Shown: in pieces, positions 59,549-64,000 of the stretch
How the letters are laid out: each line of letters starts with the position of its first letter
Position numbering within the stretch: the first letter of the stretch is position 1
Source: Dicyema japonicum
Taxonomy: Eukaryota; Animalia; Dicyemida
Assembly (NCBI GenBank): GCA_011109175.1
Contig: RDEW01000004.1
Coordinates: 706,030 to 770,029, forward strand
Length of the DNA stretch: 64,000 nucleotides
Reading direction: 5' to 3'
The notes under the pieces: model-generated
The model's input: only the letters and a program-made list of their open reading frames with translations
Database searches by the model: none
What the model was told of the DNA's origin: nothing
Program-made: the position numbers and the translations under genes

Positions 59549-61463
59549 AGGGCAATTTTTTATGGCAACTAAAATTTCAAAAATGGCATTTATGGCATCT
59601 AAAAATGAATAAAAACTATAGAAAAATTTATAATTCGACCAAACAATTTTTTTATTTATTATGAAACATAATTATGTAATTTTTAACATTATTTTTATTA
59701 AAATTTCTTTCGAAAATTTCAATAGCTCACTCAATACTGCGAAAAGTTCAGTGATGTGATAAAAAAAATTGTTTTATTTTTAACTACACAAACAACTAGT
59801 AAAAGCTTAATTCAGTCAACTCCCTGTTATTCCCCATCTCCACGTCAGAGTCAGTCGAAATATCTCTGTTAGAGTCCAGTGGGATGTCCTCATGGCATGC
59901 CAGTTCTACAAGTGGAGAGGTAGCAGAGGTTTACCCTTCATTAGAAAACTTCATCCTGTGGTTGTGTTCAATCAGCATGCTTTAGAGAGTCCTTTTCAAT
60001 ACAACTGACTGGATGAAGTTCTCGTTGCTCCTTCAACAGATAGCTTATCCGTATAGTTTTTGAAGCATTTCGAGACAACTCCATTCCAGGTGGATTATCT
60101 TTACTTGACAATCGTAGGGAATCGAAAGCTCATTTGCGAGGAAGTCGTACTTGTGACATTTTTCTACTTCCACCTGTTTTAGGCGATCCTGAGATGTGAT
60201 TCCTACTTCTATTAGAATTATCTCATTCTTGATCTTGTTATATACAAAGATACTTTTGTTTCAGTCACAATCGACTCTTATCTCAACATTCTGTGTTGGT
60301 AGAATCGACTGAACTGAATGTCCCTTCAACTTTATAGCCTTTTTGATTCCATATACACTGCATGGATTGAGATGTAACCATTTTAAAACTTCGTTGTGTC
60401 TTCGGACGTAATCACTATTTAACATTCTACCACACTGAGTGGCCAAGTGATCAACAGTCTTCTTTTTCTAGCAATGGTTACATAATGTCTCCGACGTAGA
60501 AAAAAAACAAATTCCTGTCTTGCAAGAGGCAATACATTGCTTCACTTTTTGGGCCGATATTTCATTATGATAACCATGCACTGAATGTTTCTACATCAAC
60601 AATGGGTTCCTCCGTGCATCTGAAGAGCACAGAATGTCATTTTTTTACAATTAATTTTATCAAGAAAATATCGAGTCTGGGTGGTCTTGAGGGACTGAAT
60701 ATCCATGTTGTCTTTGTAGGCAATTCCATATTTAGAGACAATATTTTATTTTTTTATAAAGACAATTATTTACAAAGAAACAAATGTTAATTGAGGAAGC
60801 CTGTGTCTGAACCGATTTAAAAATTTTCGTGCTTCAATATGTGTCAATACAAGTTGCGTCCCACACCAAAGATCTTCAAGATGTGTAAGGGAAAAGGGTC
60901 ATCCCGTCAGGTCTCTTTTCATCTTCTTGATCGAGACCCACGGGTTCAAGCTGAGATAGGAAGCCTGTAGCCTTCAGAGCTCTGACGATCACATCGTTCA
61001 GAGCAGCGTGACGTAGTCCTCTTCCGGCACTTCTTCTGCAGGACAGCGGGTGCAATCCCTTCGTATTTTTATAAAAATAATTTTTTTAATTAAAGACAAT
61101 TGTGGGATTGCAGTTGTCCGCGGAAACGCTTACTCCGTAATGTAGCAGTCGCTCTTCCCCATAGTTAATAAATAATATTTGTAAAACAATTATTTAACAA
61201 AGAAACAAATGTTAGTTGAGGAAGCCGTCTGCGTGGATCGCGAACGAGTTCCCTCGAAGTATGGCCATTCCAATCTTTTGTCTCAGCCATAACCCTTCTC
61301 GTTGATGGCTCATTGAGTGTATTTCCTTGTAAATCATCAGGGGAAATGCGTTTTTAATTATGAGAGCAACCAGCAGTTGCTAACTGTTAGTTTTTGCGTT
61401 TATAATAAAAATATATAAATTAAAAAATTTTGGAAAATGGCATTTTATGGCTAAAATTGCCCA
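59549..61463. mobile_element. Degenerate hAT-like shell holding R4-like (59990-60700, minus) and CRE fragments (60760-61410)
   Basis: Ends GGGCAATTTT / AAAATTGCCC with ATGGCA subterminal repeats and a weak TSD. Inside: HLATQCGRMLNSDYVRRHNEV and [10 protein letters not shown]. Confidence 0.55.
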
Positions 61464-64000
61464 CTTATTACAATCAAACGAGAAGGCAAATTTACCAATG
61501 AGATATGGAGGAGAGCAAAGGCTTAGAAAAAAGTCGAATCTTTGCTTGGCGACATGGAAGATATTTAGTGAAGGAAGATGTTATCAAAAAACACTAAGAG
61601 ACTAAATTCGGCATGGCTGTTTCAAGAAAAGTTCTTACCCATACTGCTCTACAACTCGGGAACGTAGTGACTAATTCGGACATGTGATAACTTGAATTTT
61701 TCACAGAAAAAAACGGACTCTACTAGGGATATACTACCCAATGATGATAAAAAACCAAGACTTATGCACAGCTTGAAAATCGGAGTACCTGGATACAATC
61801 ATTACCAAGACCCGATGGAGACTATTTGGGCACATATTACGGGTAAATCATGTCGTCCCTGCCAACGATATTATAGAATCATACTTCCTCTGTTCACGGC
61901 TTTTAGAAGGAAGCCACTAACAACTTCTAAAATATTTTAAAATAGCATTAAAGAAGCAGATGATCTAGACCAGGCATGTCAAACACGCGACCCTTTGCAC
62001 GCAGGCGTGTGACCTGCATAAATGATTGTTATATAGTCGACCACATTGCACGCATTCTACACAGCAGTCCGTTGGTTGTCGTTCATAAGCGCTCAAACGA
62101 TTTAAAATTTTGGAAATGTATGACGACATCAATCGTTTCATTACAACCCTTGATTTTCCTAACTGCAAAGAACTCAAGTGTACTTACATTTGCAAAATAT
62201 GAAATGAATGATTACAATTGTTATATTTGGCGTCGTGGAGTGTCATCGAATATAGCCTTTGTAGTAGGTTTGAAAATTACTACCAAATGTGTCAATAAAA
62301 TTGGGAACATAATCGCGATGCGAATCGGCGACTCCTGTCAACAGAAATGGTTCTCTCGTCGGTTCGGAGTTGTCATTGTCCGCGGAAACACTCACTGTCT
62401 TGTTTCTATTTTTTGTTAACTAATTGTGAAATTTAGTTCCTATATATCATCAGCCACCCCTTTTCTCGTCTGTTCTTCCTTAACGATCCGATGGCTAGTA
62501 AGAAGGACAGCGATCTGACTCCCCGAGCTCTCGTCCATCTAACTATCGCAGTCATCTATTTTACAAGACCGATTATTATTATTAGAAACTGAACTAAGAG
62601 TTTGCTAGAGGGTTCATAGTTTTGCCTTTATGGCCTGGCCACACGCACGTCCCCCATCTCCTAAATTACTAGTGTTCTCTCATGAGGAGTCTCAAGACAG
62701 AGCCCTACGGGACTCCTCTCACAAATGAAATATCTTCTAATACGCACTTGAGATATCCTCCCGGTTAACAGGACAGCATTTATACAAGGAAAGAACCTTT
62801 TAATAAAGTCTTGCGGATATTCAGTCTCAGAGAATATCATTCGATCGAATTTCTATTTTTTACAGCACAACCTCAGTAACTGATAAGATTAAATGTAAAT
62901 GAGTGAAAATAATCAACCAATAAAATGCCAGAACGAAATATAACCTTTTTGGGTTGCACCATAGGTCAGACGTCTTCAATGTCCCTTCTCGACTCAGGCC
63001 TTTCGCCCAACTTCTCAAGCGGAGTGCGCACTCGTCTCGACAGTCCACTTTATATGGGAGTCTTCTGGCATTCTTTGGGTGGAAATCATCTCACATTTGT
63101 ATTCTATACACATGGTCTCCACTGATTATATGCGTACAGGACCCCCATATTACGGAATCCCCGTAGAATCGCTGTTGAATAACATCATTACTCAACAAGG
63201 CATATATATTAGTCACTATCGCACAAAACTATGTTTTAGAAGGACATGGTGGAATGTTTGGCTTGCGGGATTGAGACCTCCCAGAAGCATTATAAATTAC
63301 CCATATGTTCCACGTGTAATTCGTTTTTTAGGTTCTAATTCTTATCATCCCCCAGATATAATGCCAAGCACCGTCGATATTCATTTTGCTACAGAAATGG
63401 GCACTGTGATGTTAACTTTTTAATAAAAGACAAATGTAAAGCTTGTCGACTCCAGAAATTCTTCAACGTGGGTCTCAGCTATGAGGGTTTCAATATTTTA
63501 AAACTCAGTGATTTACGACAATTATATCACGAAAACACCGCCACATGAGAAACTCGTGTACATCGATTCCATCATGGACGACGTATTCGAGCCTATAATT
63601 CGTAGATTATTACTTTTAGGACATTTTATCATTTTTTGAGGTCTGCCAAGTCCTTCGCTATGTCTCAGGAAATGAAAAGTTACACGTGGTTGAACTCAAA
63701 GTGGATTGAAACATTGATTCAGCAGGAAAAAATATTATGCTCGGCATCGGTAAGACTGCCGGTTTAGAATGTAGGATTTGCTGTATTACCGCTATTTCTC
63801 TCTGAGCATGAATTTGGTGATTAGTTGTCTCATCATATGTGAGTCCTCCCAAAATGAAGTATCATTCCACCAATCTTTGCAGATTTTTAACAATTTGAAA
63901 CATAGTTTGGATTTTTTGAATTTATCGTACTTGGATTTCAACTATTTTCGGATTATTTGCTTTTTTAGGTGCTACTTTCAAGATCATTCTGTGGGGGTTT

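Noticed and set aside
61965-62177. Polinton/Maverick-type Cys-rich polymerase fragment
   Set aside because: Only loose CxxC spacing; no polymerase, integrase or terminal motifs nearby.

Overview
Eukaryotic (metazoan) nuclear DNA, AT-rich, not prokaryotic. Hand-splicing gives ten recognisable host genes: CADPS/unc-31 (5'-truncated), an Aurora-like kinase, cyclin C, squalene epoxidase, CDK11, NPHP1, NAXE, TCF25, YIPF5 and an SLC46-type transporter. An unknown coiled-coil gene is also present. Almost all introns are only 21-29 nt, with very degenerate splice signals, and two appear to end in TG/GG instead of AG. CADPS (animal), NPHP1 with an RFX X-box (ciliated) and the intron size suggest a dicyemid-like reduced animal rather than a cilia-less myxozoan; this is inference. 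The genes sit in nested, heavily deleted transposons: CRE-like and R4-like RLE retroelements, APE-type LINEs, RTE, IS630/Tc1, hAT, Ginger2 and a Merlin/MULE-like element. Three things stand out. (1) Two TIR-bounded DNA-transposon shells carry no transposase but an intact, RT-less retrotransposon endonuclease frame: a zinc-knuckle+RLE ORF in a Merlin/MULE-like shell and an APE domain in a Ginger shell. (2) The micro-introns look length-defined and apparently tolerate non-AG acceptors. (3) A Ginger integrase contains five host-style micro-introns. Family calls come from remembered motifs, not database searches, and homopolymer frameshifts in three genes suggest assembly errors.
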